Below are positions 1 to 12,187 of a stretch of DNA of 64,000 bases, in pieces. Below the pieces are notes generated by a model. That model was given only the letters and a program-made list of their open reading frames with translations, was not told where the DNA came from and did not search any database. Position numbers and translations under genes: made by a program. The DNA is from Dimorphilus gyrociliatus (lineage: Eukaryota; Animalia; Annelida): the NCBI GenBank assembly GCA_904063045.1, contig CAJFCJ010000002.1, forward strand, positions 310,001 through 374,000, given 5' to 3'. The stretch's first letter is position 1. Each line of letters begins with the position of its first letter.

Positions 1-1744
1 GGCTACAAACTCAAAACTATGCCTTCTTCCCGATTTTTTCTTATATAAGTAGCTGATAGCTGATACTAGAAGTAATGTTATAAGACTTATCAGCATCGAT
101 AATGTTTTATAAGGGAAGTTTTGAGTTCCTGCATCGTAATAGGGATATTCAATAAGTGCAGGAATATCCAAGTCTTTATCACCTCCGGATAATCTGAAGA
201 AAATACCGACAAGAAAACCTGCAATTGAACCCCATTTTTCTGTGTATGGAACATGTACAGCACAAATTAACTGAGGTAAAATGATTACGTAGCACAGATC
301 AGAGCTGAGGTACCAAAGAGTATAAACTGAATCTATCTGGATAGCTAATGCACAGGCGGCTGCTGCTATAAAGAAAATAGCCAATCTAACAATCCAGATT
401 AATTCTCGATCTTTTACGTTTCGACGAAAGCAAACAGACATCAAAGGATCATAGATATTTTTTGCAAACATGGAAGAAGCCGAGAGAATAGAAGAATCAG
501 CCGAAGACATCACTGCAGCACTAATAGCTCCTAGGCCTATGACCGCTACTGGAACTGGCGTTAAATATTCTAGGACATAAGGCAAAATCAAAGAAGAACT
601 AGCATCTGGCATTGCTTGCTGTTGACCAGCAACCATTTCCATTTTTAGCTTCCCGTAATATTTATAATCTGTTTCATTCCATTTAGTTGATTTTGCTATT
701 GCACCAACTAAAATGGCAGGAATGGCCATAATTAAACAACCGAGTGCACCGAAAAATGACAATAACTGAGCTACCCGTTCATTTTTTGCTGATAAAACTC
801 TTTGAAAATATACTTGCCAAGGTATACCTCCAAATATTAATAATAAGGCATTCTCGGACCACAAAGACCATCCTTCTTTTTCTGGAAGTTGGTCTGCATC
901 CCACCAAGTTGTAAATGTATCACTTATGCTTCTAGTTGCAGAATTTGTAAGTGCAAAAGGTATGGCCAGCCATAAGCCAATTAATATGCAAAATAATTGA
1001 ATAACGTCTGTGAATGCAACTGAAAATAACCCTCCGAACAACACATATGTGATGGCTACTCCAGCTGATATAATTATGGACCATTTATGATCCAAGGCTA
1101 TTATAACTGACAAACTAGCTCCAAGAGCATTTAAAATAGCTGCAGACCAAAATATTTCGCCCATAAGTGCTGGTATATAGAGTAAAGCAGCCATTATTCG
1201 TCCAAACCGAGCTTCAAAAGCATCTAACATAGTTACATATCCTGCTTTTCTCATTGACTTCGCAAAGATTAGACCCCCTAAACACAGGCTTATTGAATAT
1301 CCAATGGGCGCTTGGGCCCATATTAACCCACTCGTATAAACACTTTCCGCTGTGCCGTTAATATAACCTCCACCAACCCATGTGGCAGTCATGGTGAAAG
1401 TTCCTAATAATAGTCCAATGTTTCTTCCTGCCAGCATCAAATCCTCTTTATTGGTACCCGATACCTTACGTCTTCTACAGCAGCTAGCAATTATCCCTAT
1501 AACAACGATAAGAGCGTAGAATAAAACAAGGGCGACAAGACCCCATGTTTTAAGACTTTTCTCTCTTAAACCTGGACTGAGAGAGAGAAAAATAATGGAT
1601 TTTAGTTCTTATCCTGTAAAATTCTTATTTAAAAATAATATCTCAAACAGGATTCAATATGAATAACATTCACCTGGAATTATTTGTATAGTTGTTGATC
1701 TGAGTTACTTGAGTTATTTGAGTGATTTGAGTTGTTTTCTCCAT
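1..1744 (-). CDS. SLC5A7: High-affinity choline transporter (SLC5/SSS family), 3' end truncated by the window edge. Exon 1 1744-1674, intron 1673-1577, exon 2 1576-<1
   Basis: Manual translation is open to base 1 and gives FTMTATWVGGGYINGTAE, GGIPWQVYFQRVLS, VMSSADSSILSASSMF and LWYLSSDL, all CHT1 hallmark motifs. Missing from the ORF track because the stop lies outside the window. Confidence 0.93.
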
Positions 1745-2967
1745 TGTTTGTTGATTATTTTATAACTATTGAAAAAATAGCGAATCTTTAAATCAATAAT
1801 CTTCTATTTTAAATCTTTGTCAGCAGCAAAATAGCACGATATCAAGGCTTTAAATCTTTAAAGTCGTCCGCTCTTTCATCTATATTTCAAAAAAGTGTTG
1901 TTGCTTCCCTTTTGAACAGTATATGGCCAGTTAAACCAACATATTGAGGAATTTTATTGGCTTGACTTCTTTGCTACTATAACTCAATACGGAAATATTG
2001 AAAGTGAAAAGGAATTAAACGTGAATCAGATTAACTTTTTTTCATTATACAGCCAACGAGAATTATTCTCTACGCTAAAATGCTAATATAGGATTTATGT
2101 AAGCAGTATTTAAGCTTAGAAAATACAAGGTTATAAATAAAATTCATTCTATAATTGATCTTATTCTCTCTTCTTCTTCCTACTCTCTTTTCTCATTAGC
2201 CTTATTGATGTAATTTTTTTTTATCTATTATTCTTTTCATTTACACTTTTTTCAATTGTTGAGACTAGTTTATTATCACTGGAATATTTTCATACGCCTA
2301 GACAAGAAATAATATTGGTATTCTAAATAAACTACCAAGATTTTCCCCCTTCCTACGTAACTGAAATAACGTCTTTATTCACTAGTAAGCCTATAGAGGT
2401 GATCTTAAATTGCTGCCCTACGATAATATGTACATAATTAATAATTTATTTTTCTTAAATGCGCAATGTTAATAAAATAGAAAGAATAAGAAGAAAATCT
2501 GAATTGAAAGAGAAAAGGGACAAAAAAAAATAAAATTTGATCGAGTATTAGAATAAATGGAATAAAGAAATAAAATAAGACTATTCCCCAACCTCCAGGC
2601 CAAGTATTCCTTGATGATATTATAGAAACATTAAAAGGCTAAGTAGGGAACTGGTATATTCGATTAAAGCTCATCTACCCTTGAATTATATAATTTTACG
2701 ACATTCTTTTATCTCTTTTTAAAGCTAAATCTAGTAAGGAATATATAATACATAAACATGTCTTCATTTAACGAAAAACTCTAAAAGTGTACAGGAGCTG
2801 TAGTGTTTTTTATGTGTTGTATAAATATACAACTACATATATAAAAGATATGTTCGTACTTTTAAGTGACAATAAACCATTATTGTGGCACTCTTATGTA
2901 TTATTAAATATTTGCATTTGGTACTATTATCATAGTGTTGAAAATATTTTACTAAGTGCTTTATAAA

Positions 2968-2982
2968 CCATTAGATGGCGCT
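2968..2982 (+). promoter_or_regulatory. CTCF-like motif CCATTAGATGGCGCT
   Basis: Close match to the CTCF core CCACYAGRKGGCGC; intergenic; the same AGATGGCGCT core recurs at 10007, 11247 and 22241. Confidence 0.5.
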
Positions 2983-3012
2983 TATGAAGAATTTATATCT
3001 CAACATTCAAGT

Positions 3013-3503
3013 TTAGTGGTAACGATTTGGACTGTTGAATGAACTATTCAAGTCTTTTTTTGGTAGATTTAATAGAGATGGAAATGACTTTGGTCTGCTC
3101 AAAGAAGTCAATGGTTTGTTGTTCAATTCCATTTCTAGTCGTAATCTAACAGTTTTACACCTGTTGATTTGAATAGTACTGTCTTAATAAGGGTCTTATA
3201 AGATGTAGCCTTAAATTATTGTTTTTACCTATTTTTCTTAATAGGAGTACTCAAACGTTCCCAGTTCGACATATGACATTCTCTCGATTGAACAACATCC
3301 TCTGCTTCCGAATAGTCCGTGTTTGAACGCTTAAATTCGTGTCCGCAAAAAGCTTGAACTTTCTCAGTAGTCTGTTGTTGTCTTTCGTATTCTAGTTTCT
3401 TTGCAATAACACTTAAAAAGTTGCATTTATTTGTCTTAGGTAGAACTCTTTGCATCTCACTTTTAAAGGTTCTTTTCTCCGAATCTAAAACACTACAGCA
3501 CAT
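3013..3503 (-). CDS. Uncharacterised ~140-aa protein, 2 coding exons (3503-3229, 3160-3013)
   Basis: The 92-aa track ORF ends at AG|gtaaaa. A 68-nt GT-AG intron (3228-3161) keeps the frame into CKTVRLRLEMELNNKPL...NRYH*. A further acceptor lies upstream near 3524. No family recognised. Confidence 0.5.
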
Positions 3504-4715
3504 CTTTTTCTCTTTTTCAACACCTATAAAAAAAGCGAAATGATTAAGGAGAACTCTATCTATGATAGAAATTTACAAGAAAATTTTTTCTGAAGTAGAA
3601 TATCCTGGCGATATCTATCTTTTGAAGCATCGTCAGAGAGTTCCCACCATCTAAGCTTCTTATCATTAGTCGACATGATAAATGGCGTTAAAGTGGAAAA
3701 TCTAAATCAATGTACTGTTTATTAGTTACTATGGACATCAACATAGGTGTTAATCAGTTGCTATGGTATGTTATTGAAATGCGTTAAATCTAATTTCTAT
3801 ATGAATATGCATGCCCAAATATTTCTTAGGATTATTTAAGGAGGAAGACCAATTCGTCTAATTAAATGTATAAGAGGAAACTAGATATCAATGATTAATC
3901 TAATTCCTTTCTCTTCCTTACCCTCGAAGAACAAGTTTCTAAATAAATAGAAAGAGATGAGAAAATAATATTAAAAAAACACCTATACAGACTGAAGTTG
4001 TGCTAGTTTGCTTTTAGCAATATAGCAAACATTTTAGGCCTATTTGACATCTAATAAGGTATAAAAGAGAGAAAAAAAACATAATTATTTCCTGTGCAAT
4101 TGATTATTTTATGTTAGTACAACATGTTCTAATAATTTTTTTTAATATTAAATTATAATCATTAATTAATAAGGGGAAATTTTTTTACATGTGTGAAAGT
4201 TAATTAGCGTAATTATAATACCGTTCGTTTATATTTAGAGCGAATGAATAATCGATTCTAGCACTGTTACCTAAAAAAATTCCAAGTAACGCGTACATAT
4301 GAGATCGGTAACCCCCTAACTAATCAGTTCCGTAAGCTGTAATTTATAATATTGATCCTTTTGGATTGTTTTATGTATATCTCATGTATTTTCGTCTAAA
4401 TTCCCTACACGTAGTTATTTTCTTACGTATAGTTAATGAATATATTAATTATAATATTCATGATATCTTCGCATCCGTATTTAATGTTTACAGTGTTTAT
4501 TTATCCCCTAAAAGTTTTAATAAAATGATTCGATAATTTATTAATATATCTATATATGTATATTACTCATTTGTTTCAATTATTTTCAATGATTGTATAG
4601 GATTGAAATGTATAGGGTAACATTCTATCTGCTACTAACAAACACAATACAATTTCCACTAGACATTACGATGTGGTGCTGGAACATTTATGATCCTACT
4701 TCAATTCCAGTATAT

Positions 4716-5953
4716 CTACTTTTTTTTCGGGTACCAAAGAAGACTTTCGTCCGCTTGGCTCAAACTAGATATGCCGCAAAGTCCCATAGCGATATCTAAT
4801 TCCTTTTTCAAAATTTTTAACATTTCTCGAAGAGCGTCATCTCCCTTTAAGAGAAATAAATATTATTAGCTATATTGAATACTTATAATAAAACATTCGA
4901 AAAAATGATTCTTACAGCGCAAGCCAAGGCACTAAGAACGGGTCTGCCTAGGAAGACAACATCAGCACCGAGAGCAATAGCCTTTAAAATATCAGATCCT
5001 GTTCTGAAACCTCCATCGATGTATAACTCAACTCCTGTTCCTTTAACAACAGGAGCTATCTTCTTCAACAGATCAATAGTGGCTGGACAATCAGATAATT
5101 GTCTACCTCCATGATTAGATATCCAAATAGCGTCAACTCCTGCATTTATGGCCTCTTGGGCGTCGGAGGCTCTAGCAATTCCCTTAATGATCAATGGTAA
5201 TTTGGAGTTTGCTTTCCACCATTTAACTTGTTCCCATGTGTCACATCCATCGCCGAATACAGTTCTATCAACATTTTCATTCTTGATATAAGCTTGGAAT
5301 AAATCTTTCGGCAAATTAGGCAATCCAATCTTTTTCATGATTGCTGACTTGATGGGTCCACCAGCTTCAGATCTAAGACGGCCAGGAACAGCTCTGTCCA
5401 GGTTAAGAACGATTCCGTCCAAACCGGCTTTTTCCACTCTTTCCATAACTTCCAATTGATGTTCCTCTGTACCCAAAAATCCAGTGCAAATTAGCTTAAC
5501 ACCTTCATTTTCGGGGATTCCTTTTACCACTTCTTCCATTTTTGAGGCACTGAAGATCGTTAAACAGTTTGAAGCGCCTTCCTCACAGGCAAGTTCCATA
5601 CAACATTTTTCAGCTCCTCTGTAGAGCCATCCACGGGCTGGAGTTGGAGCAAATCCAATTGGGCATGACAAGGTTTTTCCTAACATTTTCTTTGATAAAT
5701 CTCTCTTAGTGATTCCAGCACAAGCTCTTGGCGCCAAGAGTATTCTAAGAATTAAGAACAGAAATATATTTAAATCGTATACTATAATGCTACCATAAGT
5801 TCGAACTTACTTCTTAAGGGAATCTATATTTCTCTGATGGCATTCTCCCTCGCCTGAACCACCGTACAGATAATCCTGAAACGTCTCGTCTTGGATTCCA
5901 CCTCTTGCTAGCCTTTCAAAGTCATCAATGCAGAAGATTGTTTCATCAGTCAT
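4716..5953 (-). CDS. HAO-like: FMN-dependent alpha-hydroxy acid oxidase (HAO/glycolate oxidase family), divergent; exons 5953-5811, 5744-4916, 4844-4716
   Basis: MTDETIFCIDDFE start, IKGI, SNHGGRQL, DGGFRTGSDILKAIALGA and FLGRP motifs; canonical splice sites give a complete ~365-aa protein. Confidence 0.9.
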
Positions 5954-7102
5954 TTTCTCTTTTGTTTAAGTTAAGAGACAACGGAAAATAGAAAAATGTA
6001 TAATCGCAACCGAATTTCAGAATGAAATGAACAGATAAAATATTATTTCACTATTTTATAGGGAACGTAGGAGAGTATTATAAAGAGGGATACTGGTTCA
6101 TTGTTCAGTACCGAGATGTTACAATGACGGCTGTCGAATTTATCGTCAAAATTAGAAGGAGGGGCTATTTAACTTTTCAATAGATCAATCTAGATAAAAT
6201 TTTGGGACAGATGTTTCATTTTTTGTTTCCAACTAAATGCCGGTCGCACTGCGGTATTTCTACAATACAAATGTATTCAATTGTAGGCTTTTCATCAGGA
6301 CTATTTTTGTGAACTAAGACAAGCTTATAATCCAGCTTAGTTATCACAGAGGAGAAATCTCGCTTCACTTGATATTTACGTTTGATGATATGTCTGTTCT
6401 ATAATAGTTAAAAGAATAGCTGATCACCAATCATTAGAAGAGGACCTGCTTTATCAAGCATTTGAAATATAGGTGGACGTGATTTCGCTTTCAACAAGAA
6501 TCAGAGATAATTTATGATTATTCACTAACCAATCATATATGCTCTCCGCTTAAAAGTACAAACGTAAGCGCCAATTCTCAATGATAAATCAAGGTTAATC
6601 ATAAAGTAATGATATCTGGTAGCTTTTAGCTTTTTTTATTTTAACTATATACAAATAGCATATGAAAATTTCATAGATATAAACTAACATTTTCTGACAA
6701 ACAACTTCCGTTTGTCACATATTCAGAACAATAAAACTGTTACGAAAAAAACTTTTAGCTGTCTATTTCAAAAGTATATCAAACATAAATTAAGGCAAAT
6801 TAAATTTGCTTACAAATTAAAAATAACTAATACTCTATCTAGATGACATCATACAATTATTGTATCCAACAGTTTAACAAATTAAGTATATGATTCTATA
6901 ATAGAAAAAACGGTAGCCTTGACCATTCTAGAGAAAACTAGAAAACAATTGTAAGATGCATCGAGTACATGTAAAATTAAAACCATAGTGGAGGTGAAAC
7001 AGTAAACCACTCCATAAAAATTTGGCAAATGGTCAACTTTTTTATGAATTGTTTTATAAAAAAAAAAAAACAATTTGAAAAATATATTTTTTAATTTTTT
7101 CT

Positions 7103-8839
7103 TTACATGAATCCATAGGCATTTCCTGGTGGAGCCATTGGACCTGTTGGTTTTTTTCCGGGCCATGCCTCCTTTGCATATTTCTTCTTTTTTGGTTCCA
7201 TTGGGTCCGTTGGTGATTGTGGGATCATGTTAGAGTGTTTAATTGGTGATGGTTCAAATGTCTCTACTGGTATATCGTCGACATCTGGTGCCAAATTAGG
7301 GGCTCGAAGGTTGAAATTTTTAGCAATACCTATAGATTGGGGACCTGAAAAATACTCATTAATATATATAGTTCAATTTAGGATAATGTTGATAAATACC
7401 TAACACTCCGGCTAGATCATATTCGTCGAATACAGCTGCAGCAGCAGGTGAGGGCAGCACGCTGGCAGCCATTGAGCTCTTCGACCGTCCATCGATTAAA
7501 TTAGAATCTAATCGAACTTTCTATTATAAAATTAAAAATATATATCTATATATACTGTATGTATATAGTTTAACAAAACTAAACAACTAGAATAATCGGC
7601 AAACCTTCGTTGGAACAACCACTGTGTGAACAAGATTTCTGAATCTTCCGACCGCTGGATCAATATCCTCTGCAAAATAAACGAAAGTTTATGATAGGAT
7701 GCATATCAAGTAATCTGCTTACCTGGATTAATAACTTCTTCACTATCGTTGAATGATACATGAAGACTCTTTCTTTTTCGTTTGACATTTTGGTCCGATC
7801 CATCGGTTATAGCTGCAATTCGACGATTAGTCGCCGTATTAAACTCTGTTAAATTCTAAAGAAAAGTATATATAATTAGACAAAGACATTTCAGATATGA
7901 AAAATTATTACGTCCAACTCAGTTTCAGTTTCTGGTAGGCCCATTAAACCTCCCTCTAATTCTTCAGATTTTTGGTCAGATGACCTTAATATTTGTTGTA
8001 CTGACGTAGGCTTTTCCCTAATAATATAGCTATGGAGAAATAAATTATCATTATTACATTAGTGAAAAATGTACATAACTATTTAAATTGAGAAGAGCTT
8101 TAAAGCTTTCTTAAAATATTTAATTAAAAAGGCTTAGGCTATTCGTTTGAAAATTTTCAAAAAGTTTTAAGTTAAGAACGTTTGTATATTTTCTGCTTAC
8201 ATTCTAGTTGAGGCCCCAAAGTGTAGCTCACTGTCCATTTGAACAGCTTGCGGTTTCCTTGTCTCCAATCTGATAGATCCTATATACGTTCCATGAGCTT
8301 GGAAAACAAACGGTATTATGATAAAAACGTTGTAATCATAAAATTATGTAAACTCACTGCTGCCAAGATCGATTATAAATGGTCTATTCAGCTGTTTATG
8401 CCAAACCAATACAGCATGTACTCTAGAGCAGGATGCGTGATCTATACAAAAATCGCACATTTGCCGATTCCGACCGAAAAAGTATACTCTCTTCTCATCA
8501 ATCATGAGTTTCTGAAAATGTTTTTAAAAGTAGATTTCTGAGTAGTCTTATGTATAAAAAATATTACCTGTATCATTTTTGAATCTTTTTTCACATCCAA
8601 GTGAAGACCGGGTGGGGGTTTGCCAGCCCTAAAGAGAAAAACGAAAGCAAAATAAAAAAACGATTATAATGAACCAAACGAAAAATTATAAATTTATTAA
8701 TATTTTTGCACAAAGACACTGATAAAATTGATTTAACGATCTGTAAACACGAAATCTCTTTAATAAATATATAACTGTAAACTCACCATGAAGGTATTTC
8801 AAAGTTATTAATTATCTGAGGTTGGTTTTGAGACGTCAT
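7103..8839 (-). CDS. PPP1R8: Nuclear inhibitor of protein phosphatase 1 (NIPP1), multi-exon, FHA domain
   Basis: Spliced peptides PSW|AGKPPPGLHLDV, NLTEFNTATNRRI, EEVINPEDIDPAVGRFRNL and C-terminal EPKKKKYAKEAWPGKKPT match NIPP1. Confidence 0.95.
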
Positions 8840-8936
8840 TTTGGCATTGATACGCTTTTGGAGTACAACAAAACGGGTTACCTCTAAAAGTTAATTCGTG
8901 TATTTAACTTGGTTCCTTCATTTTGATTCCCAAGAT

Positions 8937-9461
8937 ATGGATTTATTTAGCTATGCTTATGCCGCCCTGGTTACAGTTGGTGGTGTTATTGGTTATGTAA
9001 AAGCAGGTTAGAGTCTTGTATATCAACTGTCATTAAAAGTAACTTGCACTTTATTTTTTTACAGGTAGCACAGTCTCTTTAGGTATGGGACTCCTTTTCG
9101 GCTCTCTTTCGGCATTTGGGGCCTATAAAGTGTCAGCAAACCCTAAAGATGCTCTTTTTCTATTGTGTAAGTTTTTACTTATGTGTGTCATTTAGCTGAA
9201 CAGTTAATAACGTAGCTATCCAATAACATAAACTTAAAGGCTAAGTCTATCTATTGTTTGCCATAGGCGTTAGCGGTACCCTCGGAGCAGTGATGGGATA
9301 TAGATCATTAAATTCTGGAAAGTTTATGCCAGCGGGACTTGTTGCTAGTTTGAGGTTTGTATAAATTAAACAATTGCATGCATACTGCTACTATAATTCT
9401 TTTTATGTTTTGCAGTGCTATAACATTCCTAAGAATGGGATATAATTTATATCTATCCTAA
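8937..9461 (+). CDS. TMEM14: Transmembrane protein 14 family, 4 exons
   Basis: MDLFSYAYAALVTVGGVIGYVKAG|STVSLGMGLLFGSL...SGKFMPAGLVASL, with GT-AG introns; stop at 9459-9461. Confidence 0.92.
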
Positions 9462-9990
9462 ACCTTGAATATGTTAAATTTTCAGAAATGTGAAATATAT
9501 TTCCAAATTCTTGCTATTTACATTATGACTGCCGCAAACTTAACATATTTCTTTTTATAAAAGATACTGTTTATCTTCATTAGAAATAGAGAAATAGCGA
9601 CAAAATCCAGGTCTTTTATGATACATAATTTTAACATATGTACAGAATATGCTGTTTATACTAGTAAAATAATTCAACATCATACTCTATTAGCACTTTA
9701 ATTAATAATGATGCAACAGCAAGAGTCACTTAGTTTAATATGTAAATGTAATGGACCGTAGCTACCAGGACATTGGTTTCTCTCGGGGAAATAAACAGCT
9801 GTCCAAGTTTTCAAAAGAGTAAGGGAAGCCGCCAAATAATGCACCACTCGGAAATGTGTGTTAATAAATTGTGTCAGTTGAAGACTTAAAATTAAATGTC
9901 AATACTTTGTAAAACGAAATACTATAGCATCTTAACCTTAGTAACAAATTGTCTTTCGCATCATAAGAAATGTGTTTGAAATGATCACTT

Positions 9991-10016
9991 TCAAATTTCC
10001 GGAAGTAGATGGCGCT
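9991..10016 (+). promoter_or_regulatory. 26-bp composite element copy 1, TCAAATTTCCGGAAGTAGATGGCGCT (ETS CCGGAAGT plus CTCF/YY1-like AGATGGCGCT)
   Basis: 24/26 identical to 11231-11256; the flanks are not similar. Confidence 0.55.
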
Positions 10017-10361
10017 TTTACAATAATCCTATAATCTGTTAAGATTTAGCGTTTTGCTGTTACTTTAAAATAAGTAAAAAAGTAGACTTATATAAAAGAC
10101 TATAGAATACTCTTCAAAAACTCTAAAATATTGAGTTATAATTCTTGTCTTTAATAAACAACAATTAAATAATCATAATATAAAAAATACTCCTTTGTGT
10201 TATATAAAATCAACACTATATTAATTTAAGATGCTATTTTTACTTTATTAAAAAAAAATGGCAAGATATAATAATCGTTTAATCATATAAAAAAAGTAGC
10301 CTGCTAATTGTGTTTCTTTGTTAGGAAGTATCGCTGCTTTTTATGATCGGAAATTCGTCAT

Positions 10362-10748
10362 CTAGAAAGGAAGTTTTAGAACATAATCTAGATAATAGAT
10401 AATAACGCAGGTGAATATAATTTTCATCAAATCGTATCCTTGTTCAATAAACCAAGAAATAATATGCTTTCCTCCGTATAAATGATGTGGTATCTGCGTC
10501 ATTATAACAATTCCACTTAGAGCTCCGATTAAGCATATCAAGGTAGATAGGGAGCCTAAATGCAGCATCCTGAAAAATATAAAAGATATATAGTCTATGT
10601 CATTTTTACTGTTTATACGAGGAAAGATATTGGAAGAATTGATAATCATGGAGGGGGATAAAATATTGCCATGTCGGTTATATCGTAATTACCAGGTGGT
10701 ATTGCGAAATTGACATTTTTTTTTTGTAGCACTTGTATACTATGAATT

Positions 10749-10798
<50 letters not shown>

Positions 10799-11055
10799 AT
10801 AAACAAGAATGGCTTATAAAATGTAAGAATTAAAAAAACATACGCCATTAAGAGCTGAATAAGCAACGCTACGGCAGCATGGGCAATTCCGGCTGAGAGA
10901 TGAACGTATGGGGAGCAATCTTTTCCAATTTCGTCAAACGACTTTCCTGGATAGCAACATTCAGCCCAAATTTTTCCAAATAATCCGGGAGACCACCAAA
11001 GAAAGCCCAAACCATTTGAAACGAAAACGGATACCAAGATAGAAGCTAATCCCAT
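10362..11055 (-). CDS. DUF1761-like 4-TM membrane protein, 139 aa, exons 11055-10844 and 10569-10362
   Basis: LGFLWWSPGLFGKIW resembles the DUF1761 GALWYGPLFGKAW motif. A phase-2 intron joins LLMA|MLHLG, and the C-terminal HHLYGGKHIISWFIEQGYDL fits the family pattern. Exon lengths 212+208 = 420 nt. Confidence 0.7.
10753..10794. repeat. (TA)n microsatellite in the DUF1761-like intron
   Basis: About 20 TA units. Confidence 0.95.
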
Positions 11056-11230
11056 AGCTGTTATTTACTGTATAACTTTAAATTTAACTGAAATTAAACT
11101 TCGATTTAGTCTAATAATAGAAAAACAAAGAGTTTCACAAGGGCTTAGCATCTCACCTTTGATAGAAGTTGTTTTTCAAACCGTTAAGTTTTTTTGTTTA
11201 TTTGGAAATTTGATTTGGCAATATGCAATA

Positions 11231-11256
11231 TCAAATTTCCGGAAACAGATGGCGCT
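11231..11256 (+). promoter_or_regulatory. 26-bp composite element copy 2, TCAAATTTCCGGAAACAGATGGCGCT
   Basis: Direct repeat of 9991-10016; lies 176-201 bp upstream of the DUF1761-like ATG. Confidence 0.55.
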
Positions 11257-12187
11257 AGTATAATTCAAATCAAAATCTTACTCAATTTTTAAGAAAAGGA
11301 CTCATTATATTGGGAACAATTCTTTGTTTCGAATAAGAAACACCTAACCTACAAGAATACGTATTGACTTATTTTTATAAAACAATGCTTACTTTACCAT
11401 CACTTTTTGCTCTCTTTCACTCTGTTCTCTTTAACAAAAGATAAAACGTTTCATTTTGAATTGAAAGCTTGAAGATTATAGCTTTTCGAAGAAATAATCA
11501 AATAACATAGAAAATAGAACCTCTAGTTATTATAGATGGCTAAAGAAAGGCGCGTAAATACCTTATTTATCTTATTAATATAGTTATGTTTATTATCTTT
11601 TGAACAGAAGAACTATTTCTTAAAATATTCATCAAAGGAATATTTCATAAAAGCCGAAAAAAAGACTGTTTATCCACTCTTAAAAGTTTTTTAAACATTT
11701 CACTGCATTGATGTATTCTACGTTTTTAACTTATCTCTTTGTTTGTCTACTAATTTAATCAGTAAAAGCTTTAAAAAAAATGTATAAAAGAAAATCAAAA
11801 AAATCTATAGGTTTCTCTTAAATCAGTTCAGAATTTCCATTTATTCATTTATTCTATCAACAAAAAAAAAAAGAGTTTTAATCAAGTATTCCATTCGTTC
11901 CATAATGAATTTCCTTTATTGAAATGATAAATAAAAAGTAAAATACCTTTTTATGTTCAGAAGCATTTCGTAAAACTCTGATATTGACTTTAATATTGTT
12001 TATTGCTTGAAAAATATCTATCTTTTTATAGAGAAATTGATTAATACTCCCCTTACAATGAATAAATTAATTTAGTGAAAAGTAAAATTGTGGGTTAAGT
12101 ATCAACATCGGTGAGAGGATTAAAGAGTGTGATGATAGTATAAACTCTAACCAGGTTATGTGAACTTTAGATTTTTTTTAACGAGCT

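Noticed and set aside
6060-6620. Possible snoRNA or small exon upstream of HAO
   Set aside because: The C/D-like boxes are too close together, there is no terminal stem, and the ORF is short; more likely promoter/UTR.
8239-8541. 100-aa plus-strand ORF
   Set aside because: Antisense to the NIPP1 FHA exon.
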